Part shown: in pieces, positions 39,532 to 50,652 of the stretch
Numbering within the stretch: the first letter of the stretch is position 1
Layout: the number at the start of each line of letters is the position of its first letter
From: Amoeboaphelidium protococcarum X5
Taxonomy: Eukaryota > Fungi > Aphelidiomycota
Direction of reading: 5' to 3'
DNA: 64,000 nucleotides
Assembly (NCBI GenBank): GCA_023515725.1
Contig: JALDTO010000158.1
Span: 248,001-312,000 of the forward strand
Notes under the pieces: model-generated
The model's database searches: none
What the model was told of the DNA's origin: nothing
What the model saw: only the letters and a program-made list of their open reading frames with translations
Translations under genes and position numbers: made by a program

Positions 39532-40680
39532 ATGGACTTCTTATAGTAGTAATAAAAGGTGATTGTTAAAATTTTGAGTGCAAATTCTCCTTCCCATAAT
39601 GCATTGGCCGCTTGTGGACTGGTGACCATTGTTCCCCTCCTGCTTGTGATGCTTCTACCTGCAAAGTTGCCTAAAATAGTAATGACAATCCTGGTTGGTT
39701 TCGCTGTTGGAACTCTACTTGGAGATATATTCCTACATGTCATACCGTTTGTGATTGAACAGCATTCTGAACATGGACATGAACATCATGATCACAGTTC
39801 TCACCCTCATCATACTGATAATCATCATCATGACTCTAAATAGGAAAGTCACTCACATAATCATGCACATACTATTGGGCCTATGTTGGCTATTTTGGCT
39901 GGATTGATTTGCTTTATGATTGTAGACAAGTTGATACGCACAGTGTCTGGAGGTCATCATCATCACCACCACCATCATCATCAGGAAGATCATTGCAATC
40001 ATTCTACTTAGGGCACTGCTGAGAACCATAATGCTGCTATTCAAAGTGTTGATTTATAAAAGAAAGCGTCAACTTCATCTTTGAAAGCTACCAAGGTTAA
40101 TGTGACAGAGCTACGCAAACGTAAGGCTGAGTCAACGACTTCAGCGTAAGGTCAAGACAAAGCTTCAATTGGACCTCCTTCACACGGACATCACCATGAT
40201 GATCATCATCATTAATCCAGTGCTGGTTATCTGTCGATATTATCCAGTCTGGCACACACTTTTACTGACGGCCTGACTTTGTCTATATCACATTATGCTA
40301 GTCCTAGTATTGCCGCTTCAACTACGTTTGCCATATTTTTGCACGAGATTCCACATAAAGTGAGTGATTATGCAATTCTAATTTAGAGTGGATTCTCCAA
40401 GCCGGTCGCCGTGTTGATGCAAATGTGGTCAGCGATGGGAACGGTGCTGGGTGTTCTGTTCGGCATATGGATTCAGGGAGAGTAGGCGGCATCGGTTCTG
40501 GCAGGCTTTGAAAAGTCTGTAATTCCATTCTCTGCCGGTGGGCTGATTTACACTGCCACTGTAGCTATACTTCCCGAACTGTTGGAGGCTTCCGATGTGA
40601 GCGTATTTGAGTTTATGCTCTAAATCTGCTCAATGTGCAGCGGCATATACCTTATGGCTCTAATCGCCCTGAATGAGTGA
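39532..40680 (+). CDS. ZIP (SLC39A7/Yke4-like) zinc transporter with His-rich loops
   Basis: GFAVGTLLGDIFLHVIP, poly-His loops, AHTFTDGL, HEIPHKVSDYAIL, PFSAGGLIYTATVAILPELL; 382 aa. Confidence 0.88.
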
Positions 40681-42159
40681 TTCTTGTATAATTTCTGAAA
40701 AGTTTTTTTGGTACTAGCTTTAGTACGTTTCAATGTGTTTATAAGAGCGTGTTTACAAGTGTCCATAAATTCAAATACAAATAAAATAGTAAAGCTAAAG
40801 CTTTTCGGCGAACCGAAATATTGTAATTCCACCTATGGCGGAATTATGAATGACAACAACAATTTGCGAGAGAGTTATCAACGAAGAAATTTATTAGCGA
40901 CTCGATCAGTACATTGTAAAGTTTCATATGCAAGTACTGCTATCAAGTGTCATTATGTTTTATTAATGAAAATGGTCCACCTTTACTGTATATGCTTCAA
41001 CGCAACAGAGATCACTGTCAAATGCACGCGATTTTTTTACTCTTGATACAAAGGTGACATCCCAGATCTTGCACTTCATACTCCAACTCAATTACAATTT
41101 TTTATGAAGCATGTATTGCTCCATGAATACTTGCTAATCCTAATATAGTTACGAAGGCAATCTTTATTGTTCTATCCAGTGAATACGATCGGATTTTAGA
41201 TACTCACCTTAAACGTACCTCTTGCTCAAATGCTTATTGCCCAGACCAATGCACTAACAGAGCTTTCGTCAACATCTTTAATATTTGGTATACGGAAGGA
41301 TTCTCCTCTCAGTGATGCTATTAATCTATCTAAAGCAACAATCTACTTTCTCAGAGAGCACATCATGTTGCCGATTCAAAAGGCGTTTTGCTATTGAATG
41401 TTAATGGGATTTAGCCGAAGGGACTGCAAGTAATGTCCCAGACATCTTAACTACTGTACATAGTGCTTTGATTGATCATCTTGTGCAGTAAATTGCAAAC
41501 GGTGCGCTCTATGGTAAGCAAAGATATATGTTATGAACTCAGTACTCTGATTATTAATAAATGACAATTTCGAGTATATTATGAAGGACGTGGACAAAAG
41601 TTTCATTAATAAAGTTCATTTTCATTATGCTCAATAACTACTGAATAGCAATTCTAGATGTTCTCACTCTCTGTGTAGATTCATGTCTGCACTGTATCAG
41701 TGCAACTGGCTTGAAACAAAGCGAGCGCATTGAACTTTAGCGCACGATAACAGTGGAAACTTCAAGTACAATTGAGAGCGTTGTTATAGCTCCGTTGCAA
41801 AAAATAAAAACAATTTCAGAAATGCTTTTTTATGCTTAATCCAATGGTAAAATTGGCAAAGAAATCGGATAAGAACTGACGGAGATAATTTTCTCATACA
41901 ATCACTCGATTTTGCCCCCTCCGTTAAAATTCGGTTTGTTTGTTTTCACACGCGCGCGCTCGCACACAGCGGGAACACTTGTGCTCATTTAATTGCGATC
42001 CTCCGTATCGCAACGCTTCGCCTTGCTCCACTTCCGGTTCGCAATAATACGAAGAACGACTCTATAAAAAGAAGTTGACGTGAAACGCTACAAACTATAC
42101 TCATCCCTGAGCTAATACTTCACAGCTCTCTCTGTATGCATTAAAGGAACGCATGCAGA

Positions 42160-42168
42160 ATGACTCAC
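42160..42168 (+). promoter_or_regulatory. Gcn4/AP-1-like site upstream of GLT1
   Basis: ATGACTCAC about 410 bp upstream of the GLT1 ATG; TATAAAA at about 42064. Confidence 0.3.
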
Positions 42169-42574
42169 TCTCATTGTGGCCCCCCTGGTTGTTGAAATAG
42201 CACTGCTGCGCCCATTCTTGTTTCAGCCACAGCCCCGTTCCCTCGCCCGACCGTCCCATCCGTTCTTTCTTTCGACGGTCCCTTCCTTTAGAGGAACAAC
42301 AGTGACAGTGAGAGCGAGAAAGAAAGAAAGTGTGAATTTTGTTGAATCGATCTCGGCCGTTTCCACTTTCAGTCAGATCGATTTCATCATCATTTACTGA
42401 GCCTCACTTACTTGTTCCACCTTTGTTCAGTTTCTCTCTCTCTCTCTGTGATTTCAATACATTTATACTTGCTGATACCAGAGTCAAGATTGAGTTTTCA
42501 TCTATTCATTACTCTGACATTATATACGTTCATTGCAGGAAATAGAAAAAACCAGTGATACAATTGCATAAGTT

Positions 42575-45500
42575 ATGGAGTCTTAGTATTATGGCTGGGC
42601 CGATTCAATGCCGGCGTAATAAGGATTGTATGATCCGAGTATGGAGAAGGATTCTTGTGGTGTTGGCTTTATTGTAAACATTAAAGGTCAGTAGTCTCAT
42701 TCTCTGGTACAAGATGCCTCCAGCATTCTTTGTAACATGACACATCGTGGTGCTGAAGGAGCGGATGATAGGGACGGTGATGGTTCTGGCGTGATGACTG
42801 GTATTCCGCACGGATTCTTTCGTTAATAATGTTTGAATGAATTTAATGTCAATCTACCACCTGAAGGCTAGTATGCTGTGGGAAATGTGTTTTTAAGTCC
42901 TGATATGAAGCAGGCTGAGACAATGATGTCCAAGTTTGAGTCGATTGCCTCCGGTTATGGTCTCAAAGTGTTGTGTTGGCGCAAAGTTCCGACAGATAAT
43001 TCGATGCTTGGCAAAATGGCTGCATCCAAAGAGCCAACTATCATGTAGCCATTTGTGGTAATGACCGACGCATTTGATAGCCGGAAATTCGAAGTTTAAC
43101 TGTTCATGTTGCGTAAGCGAGCCTCCCATGAAGTGTCTCTCAGACCTTGGTTCTATATCTGTTCCCTTAATCCGCGTACTATTGTGTATAAAGGTCGTCT
43201 GTCTCCGAAGCAAGTTTACTCTTATTTTCTGGATATCGCCAATTCTGCCTATTAGTCTCATTTCGCTTTGGTTCATTCTAGGTTCTCAACTAATACATTC
43301 CCCAGTTGGGATAGAGCGCAGCCGATGCGTTTGTGTGCTCATAATGGAGAGATTAACACGTTGAAGGGGAACAAGAATTGGATGAGAGCCAGGGAGGGGA
43401 TGATGAAGTCGCCACTGTTTGGTGAGTCTATTGCAGATTTATTTCCTATTATTGAAGAGTATGGATCCGATTCTTCTGCGTTTGATAACGTGTTTGAACT
43501 GCTCACTGTCAGTGGTTTATCAATTGCCGAGGCTGCCATGCTTATGATCCCGGAGGCCTGGTAGAAAAGTAATTCTGTACAGCCTGAAAAAGCTGCGTTC
43601 TATCAGTATGTGTCTGCCGTGATGGAGCCTTGGGATGGTCCTGCTTTGATTACATTCTCTGACGGAAGACACATTGGTGCTATTCTAGATCGTAATGGGC
43701 TGCGTCCGTGCAGATATTATTTGACTAATGATGATCGTATGATCTGTGCAAGTGAGGTTGGTACAGTAAAGGTTGATCCTAGTACTGTGGTGCACAAGGG
43801 CCGTTTGATGCCTGGTAGAATGCTGCTGGTTGATACCGTGAAATAGCAGTTAGTCGATGATACCGAATTGAAATCTGAAATTTGTACCCAGTTTCCTTAT
43901 GGAGAGTGGCTTCAGTAATAATCTCTGAATCTCAAGTCACTGGTAAGTAATAGTTCCAAGTTGTCCGATTCTGTCTTAATGTAGAATAGCATTGATAGTA
44001 CCAGTGTTTAGAGTGATGCGCGCCTGAAAGCTTTCGGATTTTCTATCGAGTAGCTTAACATGGTCTTTGTGCCAATGATCAGAGACGGTAAGGAGCCTCT
44101 TGGTTCTATGGGTATTGATGTACCTCTCGCCTGTTTGTCACAGTAACCTCGTTCTATTTATGAATACTTTCGTCAGTTGTTTGCTCAAGTGACTAATCCG
44201 CCAATAGATCCTATTAGAGAGGAGATTGTTATGAGTTTGTCATGTTTTATTGGTCCAGAATGGAATCTACTGAGTAGGAACGCGTAATAATGCGATCGAT
44301 TGTACATTGACTCTCCGATACTGACTCCATCACAATTTCAGACTATTACCTAGACGATACCTTAATAATATCCGAAATGGAAAGTTGGTGTTATCGATAT
44401 TACATTCAAAAAGGCGGAAGGTTTGCAATAATATAAGAATGAAATTGATCGTATTTGTTAGTATGCTGATCATCTGGTCGAGTAATAGAATCGGATTATT
44501 ATTCTATCTGATCGGAATGTTGGTGTTGATAGAGTCGCAGTCAGTAGTCTGATAGCTCTTGGTGCTGTGCATCAACATCTATTATCTTCCAGGTAGAGAA
44601 GCAAAGTTGCGCTCATCGTGGAAAGTGGTGAGGCGCGAGAAGTTCATCACATGTGTGTTCTTCTGGGACACGGGTGTGATGCCATATACCCATACCTTAT
44701 GATGGAGACTATTGCAAAATTGAAAAGAGACAATGTGATCGAACCTACCGCTTCTGTCGATAAGCTGATTGCTAATTATCAGAAATCCCTGGACAATGGT
44801 ATTCTCAAAGTGATGTCCAAGATGGGTATTTCTACACTTTAATCGTACAAGGGAGCTTAGATATTTGAGGCTCTTGGTATTGATCCTTCTGTCATGTAGG
44901 TGTGTTTTGCAGGTACTCCCTCCCGAATTAGAGGTGTCACATTTGAGCACTTTGCCGTAGATGCGTTCAATTTACATGACATTGCCTATCCTAATCGTGA
45001 TGATGTTCTCCAGTCTATTCTGCCCGTGTCTGGTGAATATCACTTCCGTAATAGCTCAGAAAGACACATTAATGATCCCAAGTCTATTACATCTCTGTAA
45101 CAGGCTGTCAAGTTGAAGGATGTTTAATCATTTGAAGAGTACTCCCGCAGTAGTTATGAGCAAATCAAAGATTGCACCCTCCGTGGTCAGTTGGAGTTTA
45201 AGAAAGATTTGACTCCAATTCCATTGGATGAGGTTGAGCCGTGGACTGAGATTGTGAAGAGATTCTGCACTGGAGCTATGAGTTACGGCTCAATCTCTAT
45301 GGAGGCTCATTCCGCTTTGGCTATTGCAATGAATAAGCTTGGTGCCAAATCTAATACGGGAGAAGGAGGTGAAGATCCTGAAAGGTCGACGTAAGACGCT
45401 AATGGAGATTTGCGCCGCTCTGCTATCAAGCAAGTAGCCAGTGGCAGATTTGGTGTTACTAGTTACTATTTATCCGACTCTGATGAAATTTAGATCAAGA

Positions 45501-48500
45501 TGGCTCAAGGCGCCAAGCCTGGCGAAGGAGGTAATTTGTATTTGTTTTATCATGATCTAATCGACTAGTATTCGTGCTAATTGTATTATTGTAGGTGAAT
45601 TATCTGGACATAAAGTGTCGGAAAGTATTGCAAAGACTAGAAAGACTTCGGTCGGCGTCGGTCTTATCTCACCACCTCCTCATCATGACATTTACTCTAT
45701 TGAGGATTTGAAACAGCTCATTCATGACCTCAAGTCATGCAATCCTCGTGCCAGAGTCTCTGTGAAACTGGTATCCGAAGTTGGAGTTGGTGTCATTGCC
45801 AATGGAGTGGCCAAAGCAAAAGCTGATCATATCTTGATCAGTGGACATGATGGCGGTACAGGAGCTTCTCGTCTGACTGGTATTAAATACGCTGGTCTTC
45901 CGTGGGAGCTTGGACTTGCTGAAACTCATTAAACGCTAGTGCTGAATGGTCTCCGTGGTAGGATTACTTTACAGACAGATGGACAAATCAAGACTGGTCG
46001 TGATGTCATAATGGCCACGTTGCTTGGTGCCGAGGAGTTTGGATTTGCCACTACGCCTCTCATTGCTATGGGATGTATAATGATGCGTAAATGTCATCTT
46101 AACACATGTCCTGTTGGTATTGCTACACAGGATCCCGTGTTGAGAGCCAAGTTTACAGGTTCATCAGAGGATGTTATCAATTTCTTCTACTTTATGGCGG
46201 AGGAAGTGCGTCAAATTATGGCTCAGCTTGGATTTCGCAAACTTAATGATTTAGTCGGTAGAAGTGATCTGTTGCAAGTTCGCTCTTAGCAGAAAGATTA
46301 GAAGAGCTCATGTTTAGACTTGCGCTCTCTACTTACACCGGCGTTTAGTTTACGCGCCGATGCTTCCACTCATTTCTCTGAACCTCAGGATCATATGGTT
46401 GAATAGAGACTGGATAATAAACTGTTGCCATAGTGTGTTGCTGCTTTAGAGGGTCACGGTAAAGTAGTGATCAACTCGCAGGTTCTGAATACTGACCGTT
46501 CTGTTGGTGCTATAATCTCCTATAATGTGTCTCGAAAGTTTGGCGAGCAGGGTCTACCAGATGATACCATAACGATTAATTTTAATGGATCTGCTGGACA
46601 AAGTTTCGGTGCTTTCTTGGCAAAGGGCATCACCTTGAAAATTGAGGGCGACACTAACGATTATGTGGGTAAAGGTCTCTCTGGTGGAAAGATTATTGGG
46701 CGTCCTCCAAAGAATTCTCTCTTTGATCCGAGTTAGAGCATCATATCAGGCAATGTGTGTCTGTATGGTGCAACCAGCGGTGAGGCGTACTTTAATGGTG
46801 TGGCCGCTGAGAGGTTCTGTGTCAGAAATTCAGGTGCTCGCGTTGTGGTGGAAGGTGTCGGTGATCATGGTTGTGAGTACATGACAGGAGGTATTTGTAT
46901 AGTATTGGGTAAGACTGGCCGCAATTTTGCTGCTGGTATGAGTGGTGGGTTTGCGTATATCCTGGATGAAGATCAGTCTTTCTCATCTCTAGTCAATCCT
47001 GAGATGGTTGATTTAGAGAGGTTGACTGATGCTGCGGATATTGATCAAGTTCGTGGTTTGATTCAGAATCATTATGAGTATACCAATTCTGTCAAAGCAA
47101 AAGCTGTCCTCAACAACTGGAAGCATTACGTGCAGATATTTGTGAAGGTATTTCCGCGAGATTTGAAAAAGGCCTTGTAGTCGTAGCGAGTGAATAAGAA
47201 TAAACGTAGCTCGGCAGTCATTCAGCCTCCTGTATTATCCGCGTCTATTAAAGATATAGAAGATGGTGCGACCAAGATAACAGCTGAATCGCCTGATTCT
47301 AAACCTGATAAGTTGCGAGGCTTTATGAAGTATAAGCGATAGACGGATAGATATATAGATGCCAAGGAACGAGTCAAAGGATTTGGAGAGATTAACAAAC
47401 GTCTTACAACCAAGGAATTGTAGGTATAAGGTGCCAGATGCATGGACTGTGGGGTCCCATTTTGTCAATCTCATACAGGCTGTCCTATAGGAAATCTTAT
47501 CCCGAGATGGAATGATCTTGTCTATTAGCACTAGTGGAAAGAAGCGCTGGAGAGACTGTTGTAAACTAACAATTTTCCAGAGTTTACAGGTCGTGTATGT
47601 CCTGCGCCGTGTGAAGGTGCCTGTGTGTTGGGCATTAACTCTGATCCTGTGGCGATTAAATCTATTGAATGTGCCATTATAGATTATGCTTTCGATCATG
47701 GCTGGATGAAAGCGAGTCCTCCAACTCGCCGCTCCGGTAAGACTATAGCTATTATTGGCAGTGGTCCAGCTGGTCTTTCTGCTGCCGATTAATTGAACAA
47801 AGCTGGTCATGGTGTGACGGTTTATGAGCGTGCTGATAGAATAGGAGGTCTGTTGATGTACGGCATTCCAAACATGAAGTTGGATAAGTTGTTGGTGGAC
47901 AGGCGTGTGAATTTGATGAGAGAAGAAGGTGTTAAGTTTGAAGTTAATGCTCATATTGGATACAATGTAGATGCCGCAAATCTTGTGCGGGATTATGATG
48001 CAGTTCTTATTGCAACAGGTTCAACTGTACCGCGCGATCTGAATATCAAGAACCGCGCTCTTGATGGTATTTACTTTGCAATGGACTTCCTGACTGCCAC
48101 TACACAGAGTCTTTTGAATTCCAACCTCAAGGATGATCAGTATATTACAGCGAAGGGTAAGAATGTCATTGTCATTGGTGGAGGTGACACTGGTAACGAT
48201 TGTATTGGAACTTCAGTTCGCCATGGAGCCAAGTCTGTGATCAACTTTGAATTGCTGCCAGAGCCTCCAGGCACCAGATCGATTGATAATCCATGGCCTC
48301 AGTTCCCAAGAGTCTTTAAGGTTGATTATGGACATGGCGAGGTGAAAGCTGTTTATGGCAATGATCCTAGATAGTACTGTGTGCTGAGCAAGGAATTCAT
48401 ATCTGACGGAAATGGCAAAGTGTCTGGTATCAGAACGGTTCGAGTTGAATGGACGAAGAATGCATCCACTGGCAAATGGATAATGACTGAAGTCTAAGGA

Positions 48501-48872
48501 AGCGAACGTGTATTTGAGGCTGACCTGGTGTTGTTGGCTATGGGCTTCACAGGGCCAGAGTAGCATTTATTGCAGCAGTTGAAGGTGAAGACAGACGCCA
48601 GAAGTAGTAATATTGCTAGTCAGAATATCACTGGTATGCACAAGGATTCCAGTCTGCAGTATAAGACCAATGTTCCTAGAGTTTACTCCGCCGGTGATTG
48701 TCGTCGCGGTTAATCTCTTATTGTATGGGCTATTAATGAAGGAAGACAGGCGGCAAGAGCAATAGATCTCGATCTCATGGGCTCCACCTATCTCCCTCTC
48801 ACCGGAGGTATTGTGAAAGTTGAGAAGGCTAAACGTGAGACTTTGATTCAGGGAATGAAAGAGTATGTGTGA
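42575..48872 (+). CDS. GLT1: NADH-dependent glutamate synthase (fused alpha+beta GOGAT); intron 45531-45594
   Basis: [44 protein letters not shown]|[47 protein letters not shown]; the 64-nt GT..AG intron restores the frame; 2077 aa. Confidence 0.97.
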
Positions 48873-48945
48873 TCGATCATTGTACTAGATGTATGCGTAT
48901 GTCATGCGCAGAGTTAGTGAGCAGTAAAATAAAACTATACTATAA

Positions 48946-50178
48946 TCAAAAGCTTTATTGTAAATTTAATTCATATTTCCGCTTAATCTGATTCCTGTAA
49001 TATTGACGAAAGTAATGGCCCAGATGATTAACAATCGCCAACGCGCATAACGCTCTGACCACCAGTCTCCCTCTACCATTGGTGATGATAGCTTCATATG
49101 CTTATGTCTACTTGGAGTAGTTGCTGTTATGATTAATTCTGTTAGTACTGTTAGAGAAACGAGAGCGACTCTTGTTCTACTAAAGCATTCGAATCTTACT
49201 ATGCATGGCCGTCTTCAATTTTAAATTGAGATACGTCGAATTCACCATCATTATGATTATAGATAGGAATGAGATCATCAATTTCATCAAAGAGCGGTTG
49301 CAATTCAGTGAATGCTTGGTAGAAGATATCGCCGACAAAACTCTCTTCTGTACCAACTTATTATTACTATTATTCTACTAACAGCTACTCTTGGACACCA
49401 CGGTCTGTGGCTAAGCTTGAAATTCCACCATCGTTGATGATGACGATTCCAGGGGAGTAAGCGGAAACCTCTGCCGGATATTCACAGTTGGATACTTGGT
49501 ATTAATATCGTCACTGTGAACAGTCTTCAATACTGCAGATTGAGGACTTTCCGCTTACTCCTAAACCTGGAGTTGTAAATGTTGATGAGTAGATATGGAT
49601 TAGAGAGGAGATGGAGGTAGTAGATACGCATTTGCATCAAGAGATAAATCATCTTTAAGACCATGACTACCAACATTGCTTTCGCCAGAGCGTGTATTAG
49701 AATCTGAGCCAACATTGGTAGATATCATCTAGGACATTAACTCGAACTGGGATTACAATTGCTCCATCTTGGACATTAGATCGATATTCTACTATTCCAG
49801 GACTTGTACGCGAGATTGGAGTAATTAATTTTCACATCGAAGTTAATCATTATCAGCCTTGGCCTATTACAGCGCCAGCTCCTTCTTCATCTGACTAGCT
49901 TTGGCAGAGGCGCGATTCTTCAATACCCTCTGCTTTTACTTCTCACTCAACTCAGATGTGTCAATCTTACCGCGCTTCTTCTTACGCACATGTCCAGCAT
50001 TCAAAACATCTTAGGGATCATTGACAGAGGCAGCAGATAGGTTGTCGGAGTTTAATGATTATGAGGATTATTGTGATGGTGATAAAGATGGCTACTATTC
50101 CAGAGATAAAGATGGAGAGGAATCATTAACAGAGTCCGCGACAGACACCATATCTGCTGCATGCCTTGATCGCTTCAT
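48946..50178 (-). CDS. HAC1: HAC1/XBP1-like bZIP factor (unspliced form 410 aa; predicted IRE1-spliced form 340 aa ending at 49094)
   Basis: EKQKQRVLKNRASAKASQMKK followed by a leucine zipper (LRCENQLLQSRVQVLEQQNIDLMSKMEQL), then ESPQSAVL overlying an IRE1-type stem-loop. Confidence 0.8.
49474..49535 (-). other. Predicted unconventional (IRE1-cleaved) intron, 62 nt
   Basis: Loops CTG|CAGT (49538-49532) and CGG|CAGA (49476-49470); 14-bp exon-exon stem 49548-49561/49454-49467; removal shifts into a second long open frame. Confidence 0.8.
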
Positions 50179-50652
50179 TATCAATTACTTTTATTCTTAA
50201 ATGCTAGTGTAGAGATTAGAAACTATTGTTAAAAGATCTCTTGAAAATTGTTTTAAACTGTAAAGAGGAAGAAGAAGCTGGGCGAATCAAAGAGAAAATG
50301 AGAGCTGTCGGCTTCAGTGAGAATTGACAATTGGCAAATCAGTCGTCGCGTGATCACAACGTTGCAAACCATCTGCTTATGGTAGTGATGTGACGATCGA
50401 TCAAAGAAATTGCTGGCTGTATATTTGGTGTATAAATAAGGAAATTGCCATATTTGAAGAATAACAATGCATTAAAATAGATGGATAGATTTTCTTACTA
50501 CTGGCTATTGATCATTATTACTTTTGTTTCCACTTTCCTCCTTAATACATTATAGAGCCATTGCACTTTGGTGTATCACGCTGATTAACTCCCTCCCCCT
50601 TCAATCCGACTCAAATTCCTACTATCAAGTCATATACGTATCAGCAATATAA

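Noticed and set aside
39760-40215. CAT/CAC repeats as an array
   Set aside because: They encode the His-rich loops of the ZIP transporter.
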